Positions 47,829-64,000 of a DNA stretch of 64,000 nucleotides are shown piece by piece. The notes beneath the pieces were generated by a model. That model did no database searches, was not told where the DNA came from, and worked only from the letters and a program-made list of their open reading frames with translations. Source of the DNA: the human T2T-CHM13v2.0 reference genome, Homo sapiens; the NCBI RefSeq assembly GCF_009914755.1, contig NC_060941.1; one strand, 5' to 3'. Position 1 is the first letter of the stretch. Every line of letters begins with the position of its first letter. Position numbers and translations under genes: made by a program.

Positions 47829-48384
47829 CCCATGATTCAATTACCTCCTACCGGGTCCCTCCCACAACATGTCGGAATTCAAGATTTGGGTGGGGATGCA
47901 GCCAAACCATATCATTCCACCCCTGGCCCCTCCCAAATCTCATGTCCTCACATTTCAAAACCAATCATGCCTTCCCAAGAGTCCCCCAAAGTCTTAACTC
48001 ATTTCAGCATTCTACTGGTACCAATTTACTGTATTAGTCTGTTTTCACGCTGCTGACAAAGACATACCCGAAACTGGGCAATTTACATAGAAAGAGGTTT
48101 AATTGGGCTTACAGTTCCACATGGCTGGGGAAGCCTCACAATCATGGCAGAAGGCAAGGAAGAGCAAGTCACATCTTACATGGATGGCAGCAGGTAAAGA
48201 GAGAGCTTGTGTGGGGAACTCCTTTCTTTAAAACCATCAGATCTCAGGAGACTTATTCACTATCATGAGAACAGCACGGGAAAGACTTGCCTCATGATTC
48301 AGTTACCTCCCACCAGAGTTTCCCTTCTACAACACGTGGGAATTCAAGATGAGATTTGGGTGGGGACACAGTCAAACCATATCA
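47829..48384 (-). mobile_element. THE1 (THE1B-like) MaLR: complete LTR 48030-48384, residual internal 47915-48029, partial second LTR 47829-47914
   Basis: tgtattagtc...aaaccatatca LTR; ctactggtaccaatttac internal start; ttccacccctggcccctcccaaatctcatg internal end. Confidence 0.9.
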
Positions 48385-48394
48385 ACCATCTTAA

Positions 48395-49030
<636 letters not shown>

Positions 49031-49275
49031 CATTTCATTGTTTCTGATTGCTGCAAACATTTCATTGCAGAGATATCCCATGATTCAGTTAATCAGCCTC
49101 CTACTAATAGATTCAAGTTACTTACAATTAAACTCATTTTCTAATATGCTATAACAAATTACCACAAACTCGATGGCTTAAACAACATACATTTATTATT
49201 TTACAGTCTAGAGGCAAGGAGTCCTAAAATCAAACAGGTGGCAGACCTGTGTTCCTTCTGCAGGATCTAGGGGAA

Positions 49276-50020
49276 TGTTACAGGCTAAATTGTGTCCCCT
49301 AAAATTCACATGTTTAAGTTTCAATCCCCAGTATCTCAGAATGTGGTTGTATTTGGAAACGGAGCCTTTAAAGAGTAATCAAGTTAAAATGAGGTTTAGT
49401 AACCTAGGGGTGGTTCCAATATGGGTAGGCCCTAATCCAATATAGGTGGGCCCTAATCCAATATGACTCATATTCTCATGAAAAGAGATTAGGGCCACAT
49501 GTAGTGGCTCATGCCTATAATCCCAGCACTTTGAGAGGCCAAGGCAAGAGAATCACTTGAGGCCAGGAGATCGAGACCAGCCTGAGCAACATAGCAAGAT
49601 GCCATCTCTACAAAAAAATAAAAACAAAATAGCTGGGCATGCCTGTCGCCCTAACTACTCGGGAGGCTGAGGCAGAAGGATTGCTTGAGCCCAGCAGTTC
49701 AAGTTTACAGTGAGCTATGATCACACCACTGCATTTTAGCCTAGATGGCAGAGCAAGACCCTGTCTCAAAAAAAAATAAATAAATAAAATAGAAAAAGAG
49801 AAGAGATTAGGACACAGATACACCCAGAGGAAAGACCATGTGAAAACAGAGGGAGAGGACAGCCTTCTACAGGCCAAGAAGGTCAGCCTCAGAAGAAATC
49901 AACACATTGCCAACACATTGATCTTTGACTTTCAGCCTCCAAAACTATGAGAAAATAAATATTTGTTATTTAAGTGATCAGTCTGTTTAAATGGCTTATA
50001 CTTGTTATGGTAGCCCTAAC
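49276..50020 (+). mobile_element. MLT1 (MLT1B-like) LTR nested in the MLT1D-like LTR, with an AluJ at ~49493-49795
   Basis: tgttacaggctaaattgtgtcccc start; gacttcagcctccaaaactatgagaaaataaat; ttgttatggtagcccta end. Confidence 0.8.
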
Positions 50021-50733
50021 TATTTTTAGGAGAATCAATTTCTTTGCCTTTTCTAGCATCTAGTGGCTATCTGCATTCTTTGGCTCATGGCTCCCTTCCT
50101 CTATCTTCAATATCGGTAAAGGTGGGTTGAGTTCTCTTAACGCATCAATCTGACCTCCTTTCCTGGGTTCCTCTTACACTTTTTTTTCTTTCTCTTTTTT
50201 TAACTTTTAAGTTCCTGGGTATATATGCAGGTTTGTTATATGAATAAACTCATGTCACAGGGGTTTGCTTTATAGATTATTTCATCATCCAGGTATTAAA
50301 CCTAGGACTCATTAGTTATTTTTCCTGATCCCCTCCTTCTTTGCACCCTCCACTCTCTGGTAGGCCCTGGTGTCTGTGTTCCCCTCTATGTGTCCATGTG
50401 TTCTCATCATTTAGCTCCCACTTATAAGAACATGCGGTATTTGGTTTTCTGTTCCCATGTTAGTTTGCTAAGGGTAACAGCATCCAGCTCCATCCATGTT
50501 CCTGCAAAGGACATAATCTTGTTCTTTTTTATGGCTGCATAGTATTTCGTAGTGTATATGTACCACATTTTCTTTATCCAGTCTATCATCGATGGGCATT
50601 TAGGCTGATTCCATGTCTTTGCTGTTGTAAATAGGGCTGCAATGAACATACACATGCATGTGTCATTATGATGGAATGATTTATATTCCTTTGGGTATAT
50701 ATCCAGTAAGGGGATTGTTGGGTCGAATGGTAG

Positions 50734-51095
<362 letters not shown>

Positions 51096-51306
51096 TGAAC
51101 TAATTTACACTCCCACTAACAGTGTATAAGCATTCCATTTTCTCCACAATCTCCTCAGCATTTGTTATTTTTTGACTTTTAATAATAGCCATTCTGACTG
51201 CTGTGAGATGGTATCTCACTATGGTTTTGATTTGCATTTCTCTAATGATCAGTGATGTTGAGCTTTTTTTCATATGATTGTTGGCAACATGTACTTCTTC
51301 TTTTGA

Positions 51307-52004
<698 letters not shown>

Positions 52005-52414
52005 TAGATGCTGGATATCAGACCTCTGTCAGATGCATAGTTTGTAAACATTTTCTCCCATTCTACAGGTTGTCTGTTCACTCTGTTGATAGTTTCTTTT
52101 GCTGTGCAGAAGCTCTTTAGTTTAATTAGAGTCAACTAGTCAACTTTTACTTCTTTGCAATTGCTTTTGGCATCTGTGTCATAAAATCTTTGCCTGTTCC
52201 TATGTCCAGAATGGTACTGCCTAGGTTGTCTTCTAGGGTTTTTATAGTTTTGGGTGTCCCTCTTCTACTTTAACAGCCTTTGTGACTGATTATGTTGCAT
52301 CCTGCCCCGATAATCCAGGGTAATCTTCCTATTTTAAAGTTATATATGATCAGCAACCTTAATTTCTCGTTTACTATGTTAAGATAACATATTTACAGGT
52401 TCACAGCTGATTAG

Positions 52415-52746
<332 letters not shown>

Positions 52747-53119
52747 CATAATCTTCGTCTTTGAAGGCTTTACTGGGGGGAAACAATTGTTTTCTAGAAT
52801 CCAGTGTTTACACCAATAAACTGGGAAGCAAAAAATTAATTAAGTACAATGGGAAATACAACACTATAGTTATATACTTTGCACATAAAGAGGATCGCAA
52901 AAACTTAATATCAGCCACAGAATGTTTGAAATAGCTTTTTCTGGAGAGGTGATGATTTGGATTTAATCCACTCATAGTATTTTACATAGGCTTTTTTCGT
53001 GATAAATGGTACAGATTTGCAAATTGTCTAGTATTAGGGATACAATCTGTGGTTACTGAATTTAACTGAGTCAATTTGAAAATTTAAATCAGGATAAATT
53101 GACTGGTTCCTTCTTCCAG

Positions 53120-53280
53120 GCATCCACAGTTCCTTGTGCACACATTTTCTAACTCTTAACTCACTACTGTAATTATTGCTCTACAGGTTCTTTATCCCCC
53201 TCTGGACTATGAGCTTCTCAACTTGTACTGCCAGGGCCTGGCACACAGTAAACATTCAATAAATGTTCAATGAATCAGTG
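53120..53280 (+). mobile_element. L2 3' end
   Basis: ctggactatgagctt...gcctggcacacagtaaacattcaataaatgttcaatgaat. Confidence 0.75.
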
Positions 53281-53862
53281 ACTTAGTATTAGTTGTTGCA
53301 ATTCTTCCTTGTTGCTATAAAAATAACACAACTTGAAGATAAGTTATAATCTTTGTATGTAGGTATAATTAAGAGACCAACAGTCTTCACTCCCCTGAAC
53401 ACATGATATTTGTTCCTTAATAGTAATAGTAGCAACAGCTCCTACTGGAAGAGCCGTTACATGAAACACTGCCTCCCTTGGGCTCCAGATCAACATGGAA
53501 GCTTTAAGCCAAAAGAGCATCTTCATTTCTCAGAGCCTCTTAGCAGCTTGGCCTGTCAGTGGCTAAGAGAGTCAAGATACTCATGCCACATTACTCCCTA
53601 ACTCTGGCCTGCAATTAGCCTATTTCATTTGCAAAGGTATTGCTGCTCTTCACTCATTGCACGTAACACACAACTGTGTTATGGTAAGTATCATAGGCTT
53701 GTTTCTCCTCTCACTGTGCCCTTTAGAAGGAACACATCTCTCAGTCCAAATCTCACCCATCCTTCAAAGCACCAGTCAAATCCCAGAATTTCAGGAGGCT
53801 TCAAAATGATTACTTCAGCCCCACTGAAGTAGGAGATCCCTTCTGAACCTTCCTTATGTAGG

Positions 53863-54096
53863 CAGGGGTTGGCAAACTATAGCCTGTGGGCCAAATGTGG
53901 CCCATGGTCTGTTTTTATACAGCCAGCAAGCTAAGAATGGCTTTTGCATTTTAAAAAGGATTGTTTTTTTTTTAAAAAAAAGGACAAAGAATGTGCAACA
54001 GAGACCATATGTGGCTTTTGGCATCTTTAGGGGAGGCCTGAAATATTTACTAACTGGTCCTTAACAACAACAACAAAAAAAGATTGCCAACTCCTG
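53863..54096. mobile_element. MER58A hAT-Charlie MITE
   Basis: Terminal inverted repeats caggggttggcaa / ttgccaactcctg; gctaagaatgg internal. Confidence 0.85.
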
Positions 54097-54329
54097 GCCT
54101 AGAGCACACAATTCAGCCTAATGATAAATTGCCCAGAACTGTTCTCTAATCTGTGCAGTCTTGTCTCCCTGTGGCTTCTGTTTCTGTTGTCTACCCAACA
54201 GTCATCTCTAACCTCTTTTACCTACCAGTCCAGTACTCAGGCTAACAATGCCAAGTACCTGCCTTTTCAGCTTAGCCTCCCTGAAGCCCAGAACAGTCAT
54301 ACATCTTAATACTGGTCTTCAAGGCTTGA

Positions 54330-54665
54330 GGACAAGTCTGCTGTGGCTTGTGGGAAAAGTTTTCCACCATGACAAAGGAGATTTGAGAAAACAAACTGCC
54401 CTTTCTATGCCTTTGGATGCAGTTATGCAGATTTGATATCTAGAGCTGTGACAGCCATTTTGTGACCTCAAAAAGAGAGGCCCAAGGACAAAAGGAAGCA
54501 AGTTAAAGATGGTAGAGCAGACAGACAGAACTCAGAACCTTGACAACTGCATTAATCACTGTATCAAGTCTATAATTGCCTTGCTCCTGGCCTTCTCATC
54601 TTAAACATTATCTCACTTTTAATATGGTATTCTGGTACTTTCAAAAGAAAGAATCCTAAATCTAT
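54330..54665 (+). mobile_element. Old ERVL/MaLR LTR fragment
   Basis: tctagagctgtgacagccattttgtgacc...gatggtagagcaga...tattctggtacttt. Confidence 0.5.
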
Positions 54666-54919
54666 AAGTAGATTTTGTGTGCTTGGAGAGTAAGTCCCAC
54701 ATCTTCTATGTCTGCACTTCTACAGATGCACAGGGGTGTAATTGTTGGGATCCAATTATTTTACGAGTAATTACTTTGGATAAAATTTATCACCCTTAAA
54801 CTTTGAAAAGATTCCTGAGTGTACAAAAGCAACTGAGGATGCCAGCTTCTATGAAAGTAACTTTGATGGACAGCTACCATAGGTAAAGCATTTCAGATTT
54901 CTTATCTCATTCAATACTA

Positions 54920-55250
<331 letters not shown>

Positions 55251-55694
55251 AAAAAAATACTAAAAGAACCCAGTAAGGTTACACACTCCAAATTCATATA
55301 AATGAAGTCTAAGTGGTAGAGTAGAGATTTTAATTCAGGTCTCTTATAGATATACTCATACTTTTTCACAATATCTCTCCTTGTCTTTCTAAGTCTTCTA
55401 TTGCAACTAACGGTGATAAGATTTAAAGATTTTGCTTATCATTCTTTGAATGTTCACTTGATCACATCTCAGATCCCATACAAATGCCACATTACTTGTA
55501 GTTGCAAATTCACACCCTCACACAGAGATAATCTGAATACTTACTAAAAAAAAAAAAAAAGAAACAACGCTGTCATCTCCTTGAGGTAGTTTTGTTTGTT
55601 TTTTGTTTTTGAATTTTTTCCCTTCTCTTTTTCTAATATAATCAGCTTCCCTAAAAGGGCATGTTTCTGAAATGAGAGAAAAAAATCCTCTAAG

Positions 55695-55872
55695 CAGTGA
55701 TTCTCAGTGTGGTCTCCAGACCAGCAGAATCACCTGACAACTTGCTAGAAATGCAAATTCTTGGGCCCCACCCCTGATCTACCAAATAAAAATCTAGTGT
55801 AGTGCCCAGAAATGTGTTTTTCACAAGCCCTCCAGGTAATTCAGATATAAATTAAAGTTTCAGAGCCACTGG
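55695..55872. mobile_element. MER5A
   Basis: cagtgattctca...cagaatcacctg...ttgctagaaatgcaaattcttgggccccacccc...acaagccctccaggtaattc. Confidence 0.88.
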
Positions 55873-55902
55873 TCCAAAGTATTTGCTTCTGTATATAGCA
55901 CT

Positions 55903-56198
55903 TAAATCACTGCATTAAAACTAGAATGGTGGAATCATATCACTCCTATGAAAACAGTTAAGCAGTGGGTTTCCAAATTCCAATGACTTCTCCAGGCACT
56001 GAAGAAACAGTTTCTCTACAACCAAATTGAAATAAGAGATAAATGTCTTCTCTATTATACATATTTGACTCAGATACAAAAACAGACTTAATATTCTAAA
56101 ATGGTAAGTCTACAATTAAAAGAAGTGTAAAGTAATTTCTGCAACTTAAGATTGATACAGCACAACAATTAAATCACTGCAGCTGTGTGGAGAGATAA
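55903..56198 (+). promoter_or_regulatory. Candidate haematopoietic enhancer motifs (two GFI1 sites, E-box-GATA composite)
   Basis: TAAATCACTGCA at 55903 and 56170; CAGCTG-N7-AGATAA at 56180-56198; activity not shown. Confidence 0.45.
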
Positions 56199-56718
56199 CA
56201 TTTATTTTAACATCAGAGCTTGGAGGGAAGAAAGAGAATCAGCAGTTTAAACTCAATTTGGAAATTAGAGATCCCCAGCAGGAAAGCTTTACAACCCAGT
56301 TTCCTATCCAGTCTATAAAATAAAGAGGGAGGACTTGGGATTCAACCTCTTCCTGGCAGATAATTTGCTGAGAGTAAAAATGCACTGTATCATTTGTCAG
56401 GGCTCTAAGGAACTTCTAACCCTAGTTTAAGGAAGAATCATGGATACCAAGAATAAATCACAAATACTCTAAAAAATCATTCCTTGAAGGGGAAGAAGAC
56501 TTTGCTGACCTTAATTCCTATCACAGATTTCACTGAACCCAAATGGGGTTTGGTTTCATTAATTTAACCTATAAAAGACAGAAATAGTTGAAGCTGCAGA
56601 GAAAATAGCAATGGAACCTGAAACAAAGTCTAATTGTGATTAATTAAAAATTAGTGTCTTCTAAAGACTACCAGAAGATGAAGAACAATAAATTTACAAA
56701 TATCAGAAATGAGGGAGC

Positions 56719-57090
<372 letters not shown>

Positions 57091-57726
57091 TTAACTGAAA
57101 ACAAGCAGTACAAAGATCATTTAGAAATTTATGTGTAGATATTGAATTATGTTTTCTCACAGAAACATTCCTAACTAATGCTTGGATTCCTAAACTAGCA
57201 ACTGATAGCAAAACTACCAAAAGCAAAGTGGGGTTATCTCCAGTGAGATGCAAAAGCAGTCATTCATATGTACAAGTTATTCGGTTTACATAGAGGGCTG
57301 CTACTTGTATTTGATCAACACCTATATAGTGCAAAATGCACACCAAGTTAGGTACTATGACAGATTCTGAGAAGTAATCATCCACAAAAAACAACAAGTT
57401 AATAAACAAGTTTATACAGACAGGGAAAAGCCAAGGAGCCAGAGGTAGATGTTCACTCCTGTCTGAAAACCCATGAAAAGAACAATGAGAAAAAAATGGC
57501 AACAGCATCTCAGAACTTCTAGACCTAGAATATCAGGGCACAAAAGAGAAGCTCTTGGAGTTATGTGTCTAGTTGCTAATTAAATGGCTGAGGAGAACTG
57601 AAATGGAAATTCATAGAGAGGCTGGTTTCTCTCTCCTTAGGCAAACCAAATATTCTATTATTTTCCATTTTGGGTTAGGCTTCTGCTATTAAGTTAGCTG
57701 CTGATTTCCCTCCTGTTCTGTGTAGT

Positions 57727-58037
57727 TTTATTTATTTTATTTTTATTTTTAGAGACAAGGTCTCGCTCTGTTGCCCAGGCTGGAGTGCAGTAGTGCCATA
57801 TCGGCTCACTTCAAACTCCATCACCAGGGCTCACACGATCCTTCCATCTCAGTCTCCTGAGTAGCTGAAACTACAGGCCATGTGCCACCACGCCCAGCTA
57901 ATTTTTTGATTTTTTTTTTTTTGGTAGAAATGGGGTCTCCCTGTTGCCCAGGCTGATTTCAAACTCCTCGGCTCAAGTGATCTTCCTGCTCCCTCCCAAA
58001 GTGCTGGGATTACAGGCATAAGCCAACATATCCAGCC
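57727..58037 (-). mobile_element. Alu (AluJ-like)
   Basis: TSD ctgtgtag. Confidence 0.92.
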
Positions 58038-59256
58038 CTGTGTAGGAGTTTTTAAAAGATCAGTCCTGTTAACTTCATGAGGTAACAGCAGGCTGGCAAA
58101 ACAAGGAGATACTGCAAGGTTAACTCTGTGTGTGCTGAAAGCATGCAATTCTTTTGACCTCCATTCACTTGTAAATCACCTTACATATTAGTTTTACAGT
58201 CTTTAAAACTGTAGCATTCTAGTTATTTATTTCTCTCCTCAGACCAATATATGAGAGCTATCTGTGGTTTAAATACAACCATCAACTTCCCCCAGCCCCT
58301 GCCACAAAAACACTTAACAAAAAAAATCTGTGTAGCTTGATTTGGGACCTGGACTATGAAAGTAAATTAGGTTTTAGAGATGCTAACGTGTGTATCAGGT
58401 AGTATGATCACTGTATGTGTGCAAAGAGGTGGAGTTCTGTTATTTCCTTACAGAATGAAGGTTTGAACAGCAAAAGGCAGATATTTTAGAGAAACTAAGC
58501 AACTTCAGAAAGGCATCTGAAGAAAAGAAGACACTGAGTAAGAAAGGAGGGAAAAGCATCCCTTGAACATTTGTCTGGGGATGTATGCCAGGAAAGAAAG
58601 ACAAGTGCAGAAAGATCGCTGTTACTTAGAATGCTGAGACTACAAAGTTAGGTGTCAGATGATTGTGAAAAGAGCCTATTTCCTCGCAAGTAAAGAGCTC
58701 TATTCCTTCTTTAATAAATAAGAGAACTGAAAGATTTAGCTCTAGTATTAGAAGAGGAACCTAGATTGATATCAAGGAAGGCTAGAGATACCTAAAATTA
58801 AGAACTACCAGGCTGAACTGGGGGTAAAGTGAGTGATGGTCTTATATTTGCAATTAATTTCCTATATAGCATTCTGACCACAAGATGTCCTCACACTGTA
58901 ACAAGGTCATTTTGTATTCTAATTGATTAAGTGCACTATGATGAGAGAAGCTGCCTAGAAGGAGCTAAGTGAAAGCTTGTAAACCTCAGGTATAATCTTT
59001 CAAAGAGATTCATTCCCTATTCTTTGGAGAAACAGTTATACCAATGATTAAAACTCTCTGAGAAGAATATCACCTGAATAACTCTCTAGGGCTCTTCTTC
59101 CCTGATCTAAACCCTTGACATGTACTAAAAACTCAGTTAATTTTGGGTACAGCAGAGGTAGTACCTACCCCTCAAGATCCTTGAATCCATAAAATTGTTA
59201 AAGATGAGAGAAGCCCAATTACACATTTTGTCCTAGTCTGCCTTTCTTCTCGGTCA

Positions 59257-59703
<447 letters not shown>

Positions 59704-60949
59704 TCATGGGCCTGCAGAATCCTCCCCGTTCCCTTGGATGGGGAGAAAAATTGGCAGACTTTTCAGTCCCTCTCATCCAGCATCATGGAAAATAACCTAG
59801 AAAAGTGGGACTTTATAGAATGCTAATAGAGGTAGCTCAGAGCTGATTACAGGTTGAGCAATGTCAGGAAATAAGTAAAGGGATAAGAGTAGAAGTGTTT
59901 CAAAAGATTCTAGCCATAAAATAGCAATGCCCCAGAGCCAGAGAACAGAGGAGTGAGAGTGTCTAAAAAGAGATGTTTCTCAAAGAAATGAACATTTCTC
60001 TAAACTAGTTTCCATCTTAGGAAAAGGATTTTGGAGATGAATTCAGAAATTGCTTCAACGGACAGAGATTCTAGAGAGATGGTCAATACAAGGGGTCTTA
60101 CCTACTAAACCATAATTGGGAGGTGTCATGAGAACCACTGGGGTGAGAAACTCCCAAAAGCTAAAGGAGGATCTTAGTAATCTAGGGACTTCAGTAATCA
60201 AGGAATGCCTCCTACAATCAAGAGTGTTGGTTGCCCGAAATCCAAGCCAACCATAACTTAAAGAGCAGCTTGCTGGTGAGCGGAAGCTCAACTTTGAGGT
60301 AGGGCTTCAGAGATAGCCACAAGGCTGTCCCCTTGTAGTGTCCCTTGCCTAGGATGCTTTGTGTCTTTATGGAGGCCAAAGAGAAACACCTTGGGTCTCT
60401 AAGCTTTAGGCCAAAGGGAAGATTCAGGACAAGAATTTAGCCCTAACTAACAAAAGCAAGAGACTAGAGACCCAAAATAGGAGAGCATCAAGGAAGAAAT
60501 GAAAGATCGGGGAACTGCCAAGTCATAGGGAAGAATTACCCTGCCCAGGGCAAGAGATTAGCAGAGACCCTTGTGAATAAGACCCCCTGATTATTGCCAA
60601 AGAAAAGAGTTCCTCTGAAAAGAAAATTGCAGGAAAGAATAAGCTGCTTTTGACAACGGCTTTTTCTCATAAACCATATGAAGTGCAGGAAGGTCGCCTG
60701 CAGAAATCAGTCTGTGTTGATCTCTGCACAGAGTGCAGGCCCAGTTGAAATCAGAACTCTCCTCATAGGCAGTAGGAATAGATACTAAATCATAGGTGTT
60801 TATGATAGTCATTGGCCTGATCCTAGAAAAAAACCTGGAGTTTAGGCATGGACTTCTTGCATGGGATATTGGTCGGTACTATTTTTTTTTTCAGGTTTGG
60901 TTTTAGGATAGGACCTTGGGTCCCATCCTAGCTTTATGTCTATTAAAAA

Positions 60950-61445
60950 TAAAACTATTCCCTTTGGGCCCGCAATTCTATTTCTAGGAATTGATTATAA
61001 TTATGTTAAATGACATTTTCCCAATGTTACTCATTGCAGCATTTATTATAATAACGATATCCTGGAGACTGGTTAAATACATTATGGTGTATCTATATAA
61101 TGGAATATTATCTGAAATAAATAAAAACAAGGAAGTTTTTGATGTACTAATATGGAAATATTTCTAAAGCAGAATAGGTAAAAAAAAAAAAAGCAAAATA
61201 TGCAATATTGTATATAGTATGTCACCATTAGTGTAAAAGAGAAGAATGTGTGTGTGTATGCTTGCATGTCTATGCATGCAAAGAGACAAAGAAAACTATT
61301 AATATTGTTTGTGAAGAGGAGAACTGGATGGCCAGGGTACGAAAGTAGAGGATGACTTCATTATATACCCTTTATGAGGTTTTGACTTTTGAACTTTGTA
61401 AATGTCTTACCTAGTTTAAAAAATTAAACAAAAATAAATTTTAAA
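60950..61445 (+). mobile_element. Old L1 (L1ME-like) 3' region
   Basis: gcaattctatttctaggaat...cattgcagcatt...ctggttaaatacattatgg...aatggaatatta. Confidence 0.7.
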
Positions 61446-62539
61446 ATCGAATAATAACAAAAGAACGTCTTTAGCCTTTTAGCAGTAAGCAAGTCCCAGG
61501 AAAAACCAGATTTGATTAAACTCTGACATGTGAGTGAGGATACTGACAAGTGTCACACAGGCATCTACTGGGGTCTGTGTGAACTTGTTTGGAGATCTGG
61601 AATACTGATACCATAAATCTAAAATCTGTACATGAAATCATTCAGACACTGATTTAGCAAATTTCTACTGAACTACCATGCCTTCATTGTCTATTTGATA
61701 AAAATAAGAGTTTTCTCTTAGAGTTTTTCTCTTCATAATCTGTAATTTCTACCTCAATACAAAACAAACAGGCTTTCTTTTAGATGGATATGATACAATT
61801 GAAGTCTGCACACCCCAAAGGTCAGAATGGAATCTTTCATGAGTAAACTCTAATTGCAGACAAAGACTCTTCTATATATGACAACATCATACAGGGCCAA
61901 CTGAAGCAGTACTAAGACTTTTTGAAGTTGTTATATTCCCTTAAGCATTTCTAAAACTTTTCACATGAGAAAGTAAGGAAGCAAAATATGGTATTTTTGG
62001 AATGAAACTCTGGCTAACAGGGTTATGGGGCATCTGAGAAGTCACGGGATAGGTCTAACTTTCTCAGAGGGGAGGCTGCAATTGTTTTTTTTTTTCTCTT
62101 TATTTCCAACATCTGCTCTTAAAATTAGTTCTGCACAAATGTTTGCAGATACAGAGCAGCTGGCAGTCTTGCCTGCATTTTGCCCATTGGTGGATTGTAA
62201 GGAAGTCACTGAAGTAGGGCTATTGAATTTTCCATTTCTGTTCCAGTGTTTTCAGAGAACTGGCAAATTTATGTTCTGGAACATTGGACTCAGAATGTTA
62301 ACATCCTACTGAATACTGTTTAGAGCTTGAGATATTCATAGCAGAATTGTAAGTTTACATCTAATCTCTCAAGACAACAAGATTTGAAAATATACTCTCT
62401 TGCAGCCATTTGTAGGCAATTCTTTTTCATGTCAGTGTGGAATAAAGATACACTGTTCTATTTATATTAGTGCTTTCTGATTCATTTGATTTTTTAAAAT
62501 AAATAAGAAAATAAATCATAAAAATAAACATGCCCTACT

Positions 62540-62875
62540 TAATTAATAAAAAATGCAAAATAAAACAAGCTCCACTTTCATCTTTCAGACTGGCAAAGAT
62601 AAGAGATTATAAATGTTTCCAAACCTGGGAAAAGTGAAAGAGGAACTCTCACATACTAATGGCTGGGAGTGTAAAATAGTAAAATTTTTCTGAAAGTAAT
62701 ATGACATTGTGTCAAAAATCTTAAAGATGTTCATGACCTATTAGTCGATTACAGAATTTAAAGAAATAGAGAGGTGTATAAATATTTATACAAAAATATT
62801 CCCTATTTTTTCTTATATTACATATATCAGCTCAAATGTTCAACAACAGATGAATAATTACATTGTAGAACACTG
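62540..62875 (+). mobile_element. Old L1 (L1ME-like) fragment
   Basis: aatgcaaaataaaac...cagactggcaaagat...ggaactctcacatact...gggagtgtaaaat. Confidence 0.65.
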
Positions 62876-63374
62876 AAATGAGTTACTGTCCTTAATACAA
62901 CATAGGGAACTCTTATTTCAGCCAAATCCTTTAATAAGCCTGATTGATTTTGTTAAATGGAAAAACACTGGTGGAAAGCAGTTGTCTATTAGACATTATG
63001 ATTGCTCTTTGTTTTCAAAGTTATTAAAGGGTTAAATTGTTTCTTTTGTATTATGCACATGTTTGTTTTTAAACTAACTCCAGCTCTAATTCTTGAAAAT
63101 GGAGAGTTTACAGCTTTCAATTTGTTTTACAATCCCATGGAATTGGTGACTATTATTAATATTACTCAGTGGCCATAACAGCACAGTATAACATCAACAT
63201 GAACTCTTGGCTCCCATTCAAGAATCAAAATAGTAATATTAAAAAGAGTGTATATCCCTATTCCTAGAGACTACATTAACAAAGAAAGAAATCTCCCTCC
63301 CTCCCAAAAGAGAATAATGATATTTACAAAAGGTTAAGTGGGTACAGGAACAATAACTAAAGAAGGCAGAGAAG

Positions 63375-63520
63375 TCCTGGCATGGTGGCTTACGCCTATA
63401 ATCCCAGCACTTTGGGAGGCTAAGGCGGGAAGACAGCTTCAGGCCAGGAGTTTTAGACCTGCCTTAGCAACACAGCAAGACCCCCATCTCTACAAAAATA
63501 AAAAATAAAAATAAAAAAAA
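63375..63520 (+). mobile_element. Alu left monomer (FLAM_C-like)
   Basis: TSD aaggcagag. Confidence 0.88.
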
Positions 63521-63615
63521 GGCAGAGGAGCTAGCGGTCTCGTAACAAGGTGCTATGGAGTACAAGAGGAGGGCTTATAGGTGGATATTCCTGGTAGTGT
63601 AAAAAGTATTCTGGG

Positions 63616-63961
<346 letters not shown>

Positions 63962-64000
63962 TTAGAAAGAATAATTTTTAAAATTAACTTTGGTGAGTTT

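Overview
Primate (very probably human) non-coding DNA, most likely a large intron or gene-proximal intergenic segment. It carries about 56 Alu elements (many with readable target-site duplications), fragments of L1, L2 and MIR, MaLR LTRs (MLT1, THE1), an intact ~2 kb MER52-type solo LTR, a MER41-family LTR, and DNA-transposon MITEs (MER30, MER2, MER5A, MER58A). I cannot identify any protein-coding exon, RNA gene, CpG island or host gene. The listed ORFs are Alu, LTR or simple-repeat read-throughs or L1 ORF2 remnants. The signals that repeats do not explain are: a perfect 41-bp inverted repeat in apparently unique DNA (9518-9558 / 10949-10989); a dense erythroid/haematopoietic enhancer-like motif cluster (two GFI1 sites, a TAL1-GATA composite, MYB, KLF; ~55.4-56.4 kb); twin perfect palindromes with D-box cores (~2.2-2.4 kb); and a probable recombinant Alu in a three-Alu tandem. 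Repeat boundaries and subfamily names were read by eye and are approximate.
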